Below, one piece after another: positions 9,256 to 18,992 of a stretch of DNA of 64,000 bases. Within the stretch, counting starts at the first letter, position 1. Each line of letters opens with the position of its first letter. Source of the DNA: a phage; sequence record PX880100.1; one strand, written 5' to 3'. The notes beneath the pieces are model-generated. The model had not been told where the DNA came from and made no database searches. It saw nothing but the letters and a program-made list of their open reading frames with translations. The translations under genes and the position numbers were made by a program.

Positions 9256-12200
9256 ATGACTGATAAGCTAATACGAGAATTACTAATAGACGTTAAACAG
9301 AAGGGGGCAACTCGTACTGCAAAGTCTATTGAAAACGTATCTGATGCGTTGGAAAATGCTGCTGCTGCTTCCGAACTGACAAATGAGCAGTTAGGTAAAA
9401 TGCCCAAAACTCTTTATTCCATTGAGAGGGCAGCAGACAGAGCAGCGAAAAGTCTTACTAAAATGCAAGCTAGCAGAGGTATGCTTAGTGTTACTAAATC
9501 TATTAATGATATAGGGGCTAAGTTAGACGACCTCGCTATTACAATGATTGAAGTAGCAGATAAATTAGAAGTCGGATTTGATGGAGTTTCTAGATCTGTT
9601 AAAACAATGGGTAATGATGTTGCAGCTGCAACAGAAAAAGTCCAGGATAGATTATATGATACTAATAGAGCATTAGGGGGCACAGCTAGGGGTTTTAATG
9701 ACACTGCTGGTGCCGCTGGCAGAGCATCTAGAGCTATTGGTAATACTTCTGGTTCAGCACGTGGTGCAACTCGTGATTTTGCGGCAATGGCTAAGATCGG
9801 TGGTAGTCTACCTATTATGTACGCAGCTCTTGCTTCTAACATCTTCGTTTTGCAATCTGCATTTGAACAACTTAAACTAGGTGATCAGCTAAATCGTCTA
9901 GAAAAATTTGGTGTTATAGTAGGTACTCAGACAGGTACTCCTGTTCAGACCCTTGCTAGATCACTACAAGAAGCTGCTGGATATGCTATTTCTTTTGAGG
10001 AAGCAATGAGACAGGCATCTTCAGCATCTGCTTATGGATTTGATGCTGAACAACTTAATAAGTTTGGTTTAGTAGCTCGTCGTGCGGCTGCTGTTCTTGG
10101 CGTTGATATGACTGATGCACTTAACCGTGTAATTAAGGGCGTATCTAAACAAGAAATCGAACTTCTGGATGAACTTGGTGTCACCATCCGTCTTAATGAC
10201 GCATACGCTGATTATGTTAAACAGTTAAATGCTGCAAACACAGGTATAACATATAATGTTAATAGTCTTACCACTTTCCAGAAACAACAAGCATACGCTA
10301 ACGCGGTAATTGCTGAATCTACTAAGCGTTTTGGCTACCTAGATGAAGTACTACGTGCAACTCCATGGGAGCAGTTTGCTGCTAATGCAGATGCTGCACT
10401 AAGAAAAATACAACAAGCTGCTGCTAAGTACTTAGGACCAGTAATTGATGCTATCAACACAGTATTTTATACATCTCAGGCTTCTATATCTGCTGAGGCA
10501 GCTAGGGCCCAAGAAAAAACTAATAGACAGATAGACCCTACCAACGTTGGTGCTGTTGCTTTAAGTTTAGCTGCTTCTGAAGAAGGCTATAATAAAGCTC
10601 TAGATATGTATAAGGAATCTCTTGATAAGCGTAATAAGCTAAAATCTGAGTTCGATAAACGAATGGAACAAGCAGATTTCTATACAAAACTAGCTATACG
10701 TCAAGTTGGTGAAGGTATTCCTGTTGGTATTGCAGCCGCGGGCGCTTCCGAAGCTAATAAAAAGTTTGTAGAAGAAACCGCAGCTATGGGTCTACAAGTA
10801 ACTAGACTCGGTAAGGAAGTAGAGGATTCTACAGAGAACCTCAATGCTTGGAAATCAGCTTATCAGGCTGCTGGAGCTGCTGCTGCAAAAGCTAATCCAG
10901 AGTTTCAGAAACAGATTAATCTACAGAGAGATACTACTGATCCTGATGCTGTATACGATTTTAACTCTACTGTATTAAAAGGACTAACTGAACAACAAAA
11001 AGCATATAATCAGACTAAGAAAACTGCTAGTGACTTAGCTAATGATATACAGAACGTTGCTCAGAATACAGATACTGCTGCTAAGACTAGTGCTACTTTA
11101 GCAGATGCTATAAAAAATATAGAATCACTATCTCAAGGTACTGGTAAAAGTGCAGACGAGTATGTTAAAAATCTCAACCTAGGCTACAACACTCTGTCTG
11201 AAATGAAAACTGCGTCTCAGGCCTTATCTGAGTACGTTAAACTAACTGGTAATGAGACTAAGAACCAGCTAGCAGTTCAACAGAAGATAGCTGATGTATA
11301 TAACCAAACTAAGGATAAAGAAAAAGCACAGGAAGCCGGTAGACGTTTAGAACTCCAACAGTTAGAAGAACAAGAAGCTGCTTTACGCCGTGTTCTTCAA
11401 ACAAACCAGGGAAATAAAGCTGTTGAGAAAGAAATTGAAAAAATTCAGCTAGAGAAACTTAAACTTACCAACCAGGGTATGGAAGCTCAGAAGAAGGTTA
11501 AGGATTACACAGATAAAATTCTGGGTGTAGATCGTGAGATAGCCCTTCTAAACGACCGTACTATGACTGCTACTCAGTATAGGTTAGCTCAGTTAAAACT
11601 AGAACTAACTATAGAGAAGGAGAAATACGAGTGGTATTCAAGACAAACTGACAAACAGAAAGAGGCTGAACAGTCTAGACGTGCCCAAGCACAAATAAGT
11701 AGAGAACTGTGGGAAGCAGAGAAACAAGCTACTGCCTCACATGTATCAGCTCTCATGGATGCCTTAGAGGTTAGCCAAACGCAGAGAAATGTCACTGGTC
11801 AGTCCCAGATTCTCACTGAAAGGTTATCCATTCTGCAACAACAGCTGGAGCTGTCTAAGGGCAATACTGAGGAAGAAATTAAATATCGTAATGAGATTTA
11901 TAAAACTTCAGCAGCCTTAGAACAGCTTAGGAAACAGAGAGATAGCCAGATGCAGCAACAGGTAGGGTCTTCTGTAGGTGCTGTATATACTCCTACAACT
12001 GGACTATCTGGAGAAGATAAAGATTTTGCTGATATGCAAAATAGAATGGCTTCTTATGACCAGGCAATCTCTAAATTATCTGAGCTAAACTCTGAAGCAA
12101 CCGCTGTGGCTCAAAGTATGGGTAATCTAACTAATGCCATGATCCAGTTCTCCCAGGGATCTTTAGATACTACTTCCCTGATTGCTTCTGGTATGCAGAC

Positions 12201-12936
12201 TGTGGCCTCTATGATTCAATATAGTACTAGTCAACAGGTTAGTGCAATTGATCAGGCTATTGCAGCAGAGCAGAAACGTGATGGTAAATCAGAAGCATCT
12301 AAAGCTAAGTTGAAGAAGTTGGAAGCTGAAAAGCTGAAAATTCAACAGGACGCAGCTAAGAAGCAGATTATCATCCAAACTGCAGTAGCAGTAATGCAAG
12401 CGGCAACAGCTGTTCCATACCCATTCTCTATTCCACTAATGGTGGCAGCAGGTTTGGCTGGTGCCTTAGCTCTTGCTCAAGCATCCTCTGCATCGAGTAT
12501 GTCGAGTATTGCTGATTCTGGAGCGGATACAACTAGTTACCTAACCTTAGGAGAGCGTCAGAAGAATATAGATGTGTCTATGTCTGCTAATGCTGGTGAA
12601 TTATCTTATATCCGTGGAGATAAAGGCATAGGCGGTGCTAACTCTTTCGTTCCTCGTGCTGAGGGTGGTAATATGTATCCAGGAGTTAGCTATCAGATGG
12701 GTGAGCATGGTACAGAAGTAGTTACCCCTATGGTTCCTATGAGAGCTACGCCTAATGATGAACTTAAAAACTCATCTAACTCAACTTCAGGAAGACCTAT
12801 CATCCTGAATATTAGTGCTATGGATGCTGCAAGTTTTAGAGAGTTTGCTTCTAGTAATAGTAGTGCTCTAAGAGACGCAGTGGAATTAGCTCTGAACGAG
12901 AATGGTGCAAGCCTGAAAACATTAGGAAATTCTTAA
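9256..12936 (+). CDS. tape measure protein (T5 pb2-like, 1226 aa)
   Basis: Largest ORF of the tail module; long alpha-helical, Ala/Gln/Lys-rich sequence; hydrophobic segment (VPYPFSIPLMVAAGLAGALALAQA) near the C-terminus; T5 pb2 is about 1219 aa. Confidence 0.9.
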   Translation: MTDKLIRELLIDVKQKGATRTAKSIENVSDALENAAAASELTNEQLGKMPKTLYSIERAADRAAKSLTKMQASRGMLSVTKSINDIGAKLDDLAITMIEVADKLEVGFDGVSRSVKTMGNDVAAATEKVQDRLYDTNRALGGTARGFNDTAGAAGRASRAIGNTSGSARGATRDFAAMAKIGGSLPIMYAALASNIFVLQSAFEQLKLGDQLNRLEKFGVIVGTQTGTPVQTLARSLQEAAGYAISFEEAMRQASSASAYGFDAEQLNKFGLVARRAAAVLGVDMTDALNRVIKGVSKQEIELLDELGVTIRLNDAYADYVKQLNAANTGITYNVNSLTTFQKQQAYANAVIAESTKRFGYLDEVLRATPWEQFAANADAALRKIQQAAAKYLGPVIDAINTVFYTSQASISAEAARAQEKTNRQIDPTNVGAVALSLAASEEGYNKALDMYKESLDKRNKLKSEFDKRMEQADFYTKLAIRQVGEGIPVGIAAAGASEANKKFVEETAAMGLQVTRLGKEVEDSTENLNAWKSAYQAAGAAAAKANPEFQKQINLQRDTTDPDAVYDFNSTVLKGLTEQQKAYNQTKKTASDLANDIQNVAQNTDTAAKTSATLADAIKNIESLSQGTGKSADEYVKNLNLGYNTLSEMKTASQALSEYVKLTGNETKNQLAVQQKIADVYNQTKDKEKAQEAGRRLELQQLEEQEAALRRVLQTNQGNKAVEKEIEKIQLEKLKLTNQGMEAQKKVKDYTDKILGVDREIALLNDRTMTATQYRLAQLKLELTIEKEKYEWYSRQTDKQKEAEQSRRAQAQISRELWEAEKQATASHVSALMDALEVSQTQRNVTGQSQILTERLSILQQQLELSKGNTEEEIKYRNEIYKTSAALEQLRKQRDSQMQQQVGSSVGAVYTPTTGLSGEDKDFADMQNRMASYDQAISKLSELNSEATAVAQSMGNLTNAMIQFSQGSLDTTSLIASGMQTVASMIQYSTSQQVSAIDQAIAAEQKRDGKSEASKAKLKKLEAEKLKIQQDAAKKQIIIQTAVAVMQAATAVPYPFSIPLMVAAGLAGALALAQASSASSMSSIADSGADTTSYLTLGERQKNIDVSMSANAGELSYIRGDKGIGGANSFVPRAEGGNMYPGVSYQMGEHGTEVVTPMVPMRATPNDELKNSSNSTSGRPIILNISAMDAASFREFASSNSSALRDAVELALNENGASLKTLGNS

Positions 12937-12943
12937 AACTGGA

Positions 12944-12970
12944 GGAGGACTTTGAGTCCTCCTTTTCTTT
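12944..12970 (+). terminator. rho-independent terminator after the tape measure gene
   Basis: 8-bp stem GGAGGACT/AGTCCTCC with 3-nt loop followed by TTTTCTTT. Confidence 0.7.
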
Positions 12971-12989
12971 ATGGAAAAATAAAAATTTC

Positions 12990-13018
12990 TTGATAAAATT
13001 TTCTAATACTATTATAAT
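12990..13018 (+). promoter_or_regulatory. sigma70-type promoter upstream of the distal tail protein gene
   Basis: TTGATA (12990-12995), 17-bp spacer, TATAAT (13013-13018); downstream RBS AAAGAGGAGAAATTAACT then ATG at 13046. Confidence 0.6.
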
Positions 13019-13045
13019 ATTGTTATTAAAGAGGAGAAATTAACT

Positions 13046-13660
13046 ATGAGATTACCAGACCCATACACGAATCCAGAACTTTCAGGCTTAGGATTCGAAA
13101 GTGTTAACCTGATTGATAATGACCCAGTAATTCGTGATGAGTTACCAAATGGTAAAGTTAACGAAGTTAAAGTATCTGCTCAATACTGGGGTATAAATAT
13201 TTCTTACCCAGAACTGTTTCCAGATGAGTATAGTGTTCTAGATTCTTTTATTTTAGAGTACAAAAGAACTGGGGGCTACATAGATGTCATATTACCACAA
13301 TATGAGGCTTTTAGGGTTAGAGGTAACACTGGCTTAGTAAATATACCTGCTGGACAGAAGGGTTCTAATATAACTATGGATACAAAAGGGCTTCTTACAG
13401 GTACCCCAAAACCGGGGGATCTATTTAAGCTGTCTAACCACCCAAAAGTATATAAAATAACATCATTTAACAAATCAGGTAATACATGGTCTATAAACTT
13501 ATACCCTGATTTATTTATAACTACTACTGGAGCGGAGAAGCCAGTATTTAATGGAATACTATTTAGAACAAAACTCATGAATGGTGATGCTTTTGGATCT
13601 ACACTAAATAATAACGGAACATACTCCAACATCTCATTAAATTTACGGGAAAGTCTATGA
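13046..13660 (+). CDS. distal tail protein (T5 pb9-like, 204 aa)
   Basis: Same length as T5 pb9 and same position directly after the tape measure and before the baseplate hub. Confidence 0.8.
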   Translation: MRLPDPYTNPELSGLGFESVNLIDNDPVIRDELPNGKVNEVKVSAQYWGINISYPELFPDEYSVLDSFILEYKRTGGYIDVILPQYEAFRVRGNTGLVNIPAGQKGSNITMDTKGLLTGTPKPGDLFKLSNHPKVYKITSFNKSGNTWSINLYPDLFITTTGAEKPVFNGILFRTKLMNGDAFGSTLNNNGTYSNISLNLRESL

Positions 13661-16506
13661 AAAAAATATTAGATAGTGCTAGAAACTACTTAAAAAATAA
13701 TAGCAGAATAAAAACTGCTAGTCTAATTTCTCTAGAATTACCCGGCTCTACTGGTACTAGTACTGCTTTTATTTACTTAACTGACTATTTTAGAGATGTA
13801 CTATATAATGGTATTTTGTACCAGGCCGGTAAAGTTAAGTCTATTAGCACACATAAACAAAATAGAGATTTATCTATTGGCAGCCTATCTTTTACTATTA
13901 CAGGTACAGCACAGGATGAAGTACTGAAATTAGTGCAGAATGGTGTATCCTTTTTAGATAGACTAGTATCAATCCACCAAGCAATTATTACAGAGAATGG
14001 TTCTATTTTACCTGTAGACCCAGACACAAATGGCCCTTTATTATACTTTAGAGGGAGAATTACTGGTGGAGGTATTAAGGACAATATCAATACTTCTGGG
14101 GTTGGAACCTCCACAATTACTTGGAATTGTTCTAACCAATTCTATGATTTTGATAGGGTTAATGGTAGATTTACTGATGATGCTTCTCATAGAGGGCTTG
14201 AGGTTGTAGCAGGACAATTAGTTCCCTCTAATGGGGCTAAAAGACTTGAGTACCAGGAAGATTATGGGTTCTTTCATGCCAATAAAAGTATCTCTATTTT
14301 AGCAAAATATCAGGTACAGGAAGAAAGATATAAGCTAAAGTCTAAGAAAAAACTATTTGGTCTATCTAGAAGCTATAGTCTTAAAAAGTACTATGAGACT
14401 GTTACTAAAGAAGTAGATATAGATTTTAACCTTGCTGCTAAGTATATACCAGTAGTTTATGGTGTACAGAAAATACCGGGAATACCTATTTTTGCGGATA
14501 CGGAATTACACAATCCTAATATAGTTTATGTAGTATATGCTTTTGCTGAAGGAGAGATAGACGGTTTTCTTGACTTTTCCTTTGGGGATAATCCCATGAT
14601 TTGTATGGACTCTAATGATAGTTCTGCTAGAACCTGTTTCGGTGTTAAAAAAGTAGCCGGAGACACCATGCAAAGAATAGCATCAGGAATATCTTCTAGT
14701 AGTCCTTCTGTGCACGGTCAGGAATATAAATATAATGATGGTAATGGTGATATAAGGATTTGGACTTATCATGGAAAAGCTGATCAAACGGCTTCTGAAG
14801 TATTAGTAAATATAGCGAAGGAACGTGGGTTCTATCTCCAAAATATGAACGGTAATGGGCCTGAGTACTGGGATGCTAGATATAAACTATTAGATACTGC
14901 ATACGCGGTAGTACGCTTTACTATTAATGAAAATAGAACTGAGATCCCAGAAGTTAGTGCTGAGATTCAGGGTAAGAAGATAAAAATCTATCATTCTGAT
15001 GGTAGAGTAACTGCTAATAGCACTAGTTTAAATGGTATCTGGCAAACACTTGACTACTTAACTTCAGATAGGTATGGCGCAAATATTACTATTGATCAGT
15101 TTCCTCTCCAACAATTAGTACAAGAAGCTGCTATCTTAGATATTATAGATGAATCTTACCAAGTATCCTGGCAGCCATACTGGAGATATGTTGGGTGGAC
15201 TGATCCATTAGCAGAAAATAGACAAATAGTACAAATGAATACTATTCTAGATACATCTGAATCAGTATTTAAAAACGTGCAGGGTTTGCTAGAGTCCTAC
15301 GGTGGGGCTATTAACAACTTATCTGGTCAATATAGGATTACTGTAGAAAAATATTCTAATACTCCATTAGAGATTAATTTTCTGGATACTTATGGTGATT
15401 TAGAGCTATCAGATACTACTGGTAGAAATAAATTCAACTCAGTTCAAGCATCCATAGTAGACCCAGCTCTTAGCTGGAAAACTAACTCTATTACCTTTTA
15501 TAACTCTAAATATAAAGAGCAAGATAAAAATTTAGATAAAAAATTACAATTATCTTTTGCAAATATAACTAACTACTATACTGCTAGAAGTTTTGCAGAC
15601 AGAGAACTTAAGAAATCTAGGTATTCTAGAACCCTCTCATTTTCTTTACCATATCAATTCATTGGTATTGAGCCTAACGATGCTATTGCATTTACATACG
15701 ACCGTTACGGATGGGATAAGAAGTACTTTTTAGTAGATGAAGTCGAAAACTCTAGGGAAGGAAAGATAAATGTTACTCTACAGGAGTATGGGGAAGATGT
15801 ATTTATCAACTCTGATCAAGTAGATAATAGTGGTAATGATATACCAGATATTAGTAACAACGTTCTTCCTCCTAGAGATTTTAAATATACTCCTACACCC
15901 GGTGGTTTAGTTGGTTCTATAGGAAAAAATGGTGAGCTATCTTGGCTTCCAAGCTTAACTAATAACGTAGTTTATTATTCTATCGTGCATTCCGGTCATG
16001 CTGAGCCTTATATTGTGCAGCAACTAGAAACAAATCCCAATGAACGCATGATCCAAGAGATAATTGGAGAGCCAGCAGGTTTAGCAATATTTGAAATAAG
16101 GGCTGTGGATATAAACGGTAGAAGAAGTTCTCCAGTAACATTATCTATAGAACTTAATTCTGCTAAAAACCTAAGCGTAGTATCTAATTTTAGGGTAACT
16201 AATACGGCTTCTGGGGATGTAACTGAGTTTGTAGGCCCAGATGTAAAACTAGCTTGGGATAGGATACCAGAAGAAGATATAATAGAAAGTATATTCTATA
16301 CTCTGGAAATCTATGATTCTCAGAATAGAATGCTAAGAAGTGTACGTATTGAAAATCAGTATACTTATGACTATTTATTAATATATAATAAGGCAGATTT
16401 TGCTCTCCATAACAGCGGTGCTCTAGGGATCAATAGAAAACTATATTTTCGTATTAGAGCAGAAGGAGATGATGGAGAACAGTCTGTGGAGTGGGCATCC
16501 ATTTAA
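13657..16506 (+). CDS. baseplate hub / tail tip protein (T5 pb3-like, 949 aa)
   Basis: Same length as T5 pb3 and conserved gene order (distal tail protein, hub, pb4). Confidence 0.8.
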   Translation: MKKILDSARNYLKNNSRIKTASLISLELPGSTGTSTAFIYLTDYFRDVLYNGILYQAGKVKSISTHKQNRDLSIGSLSFTITGTAQDEVLKLVQNGVSFLDRLVSIHQAIITENGSILPVDPDTNGPLLYFRGRITGGGIKDNINTSGVGTSTITWNCSNQFYDFDRVNGRFTDDASHRGLEVVAGQLVPSNGAKRLEYQEDYGFFHANKSISILAKYQVQEERYKLKSKKKLFGLSRSYSLKKYYETVTKEVDIDFNLAAKYIPVVYGVQKIPGIPIFADTELHNPNIVYVVYAFAEGEIDGFLDFSFGDNPMICMDSNDSSARTCFGVKKVAGDTMQRIASGISSSSPSVHGQEYKYNDGNGDIRIWTYHGKADQTASEVLVNIAKERGFYLQNMNGNGPEYWDARYKLLDTAYAVVRFTINENRTEIPEVSAEIQGKKIKIYHSDGRVTANSTSLNGIWQTLDYLTSDRYGANITIDQFPLQQLVQEAAILDIIDESYQVSWQPYWRYVGWTDPLAENRQIVQMNTILDTSESVFKNVQGLLESYGGAINNLSGQYRITVEKYSNTPLEINFLDTYGDLELSDTTGRNKFNSVQASIVDPALSWKTNSITFYNSKYKEQDKNLDKKLQLSFANITNYYTARSFADRELKKSRYSRTLSFSLPYQFIGIEPNDAIAFTYDRYGWDKKYFLVDEVENSREGKINVTLQEYGEDVFINSDQVDNSGNDIPDISNNVLPPRDFKYTPTPGGLVGSIGKNGELSWLPSLTNNVVYYSIVHSGHAEPYIVQQLETNPNERMIQEIIGEPAGLAIFEIRAVDINGRRSSPVTLSIELNSAKNLSVVSNFRVTNTASGDVTEFVGPDVKLAWDRIPEEDIIESIFYTLEIYDSQNRMLRSVRIENQYTYDYLLIYNKADFALHNSGALGINRKLYFRIRAEGDDGEQSVEWASI

Positions 16507-18563
16507 TGATTTCGAATAATGCACCAGCCAAAATGGTCTTAAATAGTATAATGACTGGATATACAATGGCATATGTCCAGCACTCTATATATACTGACTA
16601 TGACGTTATTGGTAGATCTTTTTGGTTAAAGATAGGAGAAAGTATAGATAGACGTGATTATACCGGTATAGATACTTTCTTCGTAATGATTAATAACCTG
16701 ACCCCTTCAACCTCTTACGAGATTCAGGGGGCTTTCTACGATTCTATTATAGACTCTGAACTATTAGAGGCTAAAATTGGTATCAATCTATCTAATGAAA
16801 CCAACTTTAAGACAAAAGAGAAGCCCACAATTGTTGCAGCAAGATCTGAATCAGAACCTGTGGATGTTGGGGTAGGTGCACCGATAGTTGTCGTAGAAAC
16901 AACTGGTGAAGCAAGCTATTGTACTATTGAATTAAAAAGTACAGCTACTGAAGACAGTCCTTGGACTAAGTATTACATTGGGGCTTTAGGTTCTACTATT
17001 AAATTTGGTGGAGTTCCTATCGGAGATTATAAGATCAGAATATCCGGTCAAGTAACTATGCCCGATGGTGTTACAGTCGATTCTTCTGGGTATTATGAAT
17101 TCCCTAATATTTTAACTGTAGCGTATAATTTTATTCCTCCTACCGCACCTATCAATATTGTTTTTAAAGCTGCACGAATTGCTGATGGTAAAGAACGCTA
17201 TGATGTTAGAATTGAGTGGGATTGGGAACGCGGTGGTGGTGCTAATGTTCGTGAGTTCTTGGTTACATATATAAATTCTGAAGAATACGCTAAGACTGGC
17301 TGGGCTAAAGCTCAAAAGATAAACGTTGGTGCTGCCAGAGCTGCAACAATTATATCGTTCCCCTGGAAAGTTGAACATACCTTTAAGGTTTCGTCAATTG
17401 CCTGGGGACCAAATAAACAAGATATAACAGAATCAGCTCCTGTAACATTTATATTGAATGAAGATACCCCTCTAGACAACAGCTTTGTCAATGAGACTGG
17501 TATTGATGTTAACTATGCCTTTATTAAGGGCAGCATGAAAGATGGAGAAATCTGGAGACAGACATTCTTAATCGATGCAGCTACTGGTGCTATTAACATT
17601 GGTCTGCTAGATGAAGAGGGAAAAGCACCTATTTCTTTTGATCCTATAAACCGTGTTGTTAACGTTGATGGTAAAGTAATTACTAGAGATATTAATGCTG
17701 CGAACTTTATCATGACTAACTTATCCGGTAAGGATAATCCAGCAATTTACACTCAAGGTAAATCTTGGGGTGATAATAACTCAGGTATTTGGATGGGGAT
17801 GGATAATACCTCTGCTAAAGCTAAATTAGACATTGGTAACGCTACACAATGGATTCGTTATGATGGTGATACTCTTCGTATATCTAGTGGAGTTGTTATT
17901 GGAACTCCTAATGGTGACGTAGATATTGGTACTGGGATGCAGGGTAAACAAACAGTATTTGTTTATAAGTTAGCAACATCTCTACCCGCTAAACCACTAG
18001 AACAAGATTATCCGCCTCCTGGTTGGTCAAAAACTCCACCTAATCGTACAGATATGACACAAAATATCTATGCGACTACTGGTACACTTGATCCAGTTAC
18101 TAATAGGTTATTAGAGGGTACTAGCTGGTCTGATGTAGTTCAGTGGAGTGGTACTGAAGGTACTATAGGACATGATGGACAACGTGGTCCTGGGATGTAC
18201 TCCTTAGGTATTCCTGGTCTTGGAGGCTGGGATGATGGACAAGCTAATGCCTTCTTCCAGAATAACTTTGGTAGTCCTCCTGTTAGATATGATGTATTAA
18301 CCGAATTTAATAGTAATGCTCCACAATCAGCATTTACCAGACAATGGAATGGATCTGGGTGGGTTAACCCTGCAATGGTTCTTCACGGGAACATGATTGT
18401 TAATGGAACAGTGACGGCAGATAAAATTGTAGCAGGAAATGCTTTCTTGTCTCAAATTGGTGTTAATATCATTTATGATAGAAATGCTGCGTTATCCGGG
18501 AATCCTGAGGCATACTACAAGATGAAGATAGACCTAAATAGTGGGTATATCCATATAAGGTAA
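16491..18563 (+). CDS. tail tip central fibre protein (T5 pb4-like, 690 aa)
   Basis: Length close to T5 pb4 (about 688 aa) and position after the hub gene. Confidence 0.75.
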   Translation: MGIHLMISNNAPAKMVLNSIMTGYTMAYVQHSIYTDYDVIGRSFWLKIGESIDRRDYTGIDTFFVMINNLTPSTSYEIQGAFYDSIIDSELLEAKIGINLSNETNFKTKEKPTIVAARSESEPVDVGVGAPIVVVETTGEASYCTIELKSTATEDSPWTKYYIGALGSTIKFGGVPIGDYKIRISGQVTMPDGVTVDSSGYYEFPNILTVAYNFIPPTAPINIVFKAARIADGKERYDVRIEWDWERGGGANVREFLVTYINSEEYAKTGWAKAQKINVGAARAATIISFPWKVEHTFKVSSIAWGPNKQDITESAPVTFILNEDTPLDNSFVNETGIDVNYAFIKGSMKDGEIWRQTFLIDAATGAINIGLLDEEGKAPISFDPINRVVNVDGKVITRDINAANFIMTNLSGKDNPAIYTQGKSWGDNNSGIWMGMDNTSAKAKLDIGNATQWIRYDGDTLRISSGVVIGTPNGDVDIGTGMQGKQTVFVYKLATSLPAKPLEQDYPPPGWSKTPPNRTDMTQNIYATTGTLDPVTNRLLEGTSWSDVVQWSGTEGTIGHDGQRGPGMYSLGIPGLGGWDDGQANAFFQNNFGSPPVRYDVLTEFNSNAPQSAFTRQWNGSGWVNPAMVLHGNMIVNGTVTADKIVAGNAFLSQIGVNIIYDRNAALSGNPEAYYKMKIDLNSGYIHIR

Positions 18564-18569
18564 TAAATA

Positions 18570-18992
18570 ATGAGTACAGAAAATAGAGTAATTGATATTG
18601 TTGTTGATGAGAAAGTGCCTTATGGTCTTATCATGCAGTTTATGGATGTTGATGATAGTGTATACCCTCCTTCTGAAATACCTGTTAATCTAACAGGTTA
18701 TTCACTTCGTGGAACAATTAAAGCAAGTCTTGACGAGGATGCGGAAACTTTAGCTACTTTTAAAACTCGTATAATCGATGCGGCTCAAGGAGCTGCTGCT
18801 ATTAGCCTTAGTGTTGGAGATGTTAATAATATCGGTATTAAGGCATCCAAAGAGCGTGATAAATATAATCCAAGACAACGTTTCGCAGGTTATTACGATA
18901 TTCTAATGACTCGCGATGTTATTGGTTCAGAAGTCAGTTCTTTCCGTATTATGGAAGGAAAGGTTTATGTGAGTGACGGGGTAACTCAATAA
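18570..18992 (+). CDS. collar protein (T5 p132-like, 140 aa)
   Basis: 140 aa ORF between pb4 and the L-shaped tail fibre gene, matching the T5 p132 position and size as I recall them. Confidence 0.5.
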   Translation: MSTENRVIDIVVDEKVPYGLIMQFMDVDDSVYPPSEIPVNLTGYSLRGTIKASLDEDAETLATFKTRIIDAAQGAAAISLSVGDVNNIGIKASKERDKYNPRQRFAGYYDILMTRDVIGSEVSSFRIMEGKVYVSDGVTQ

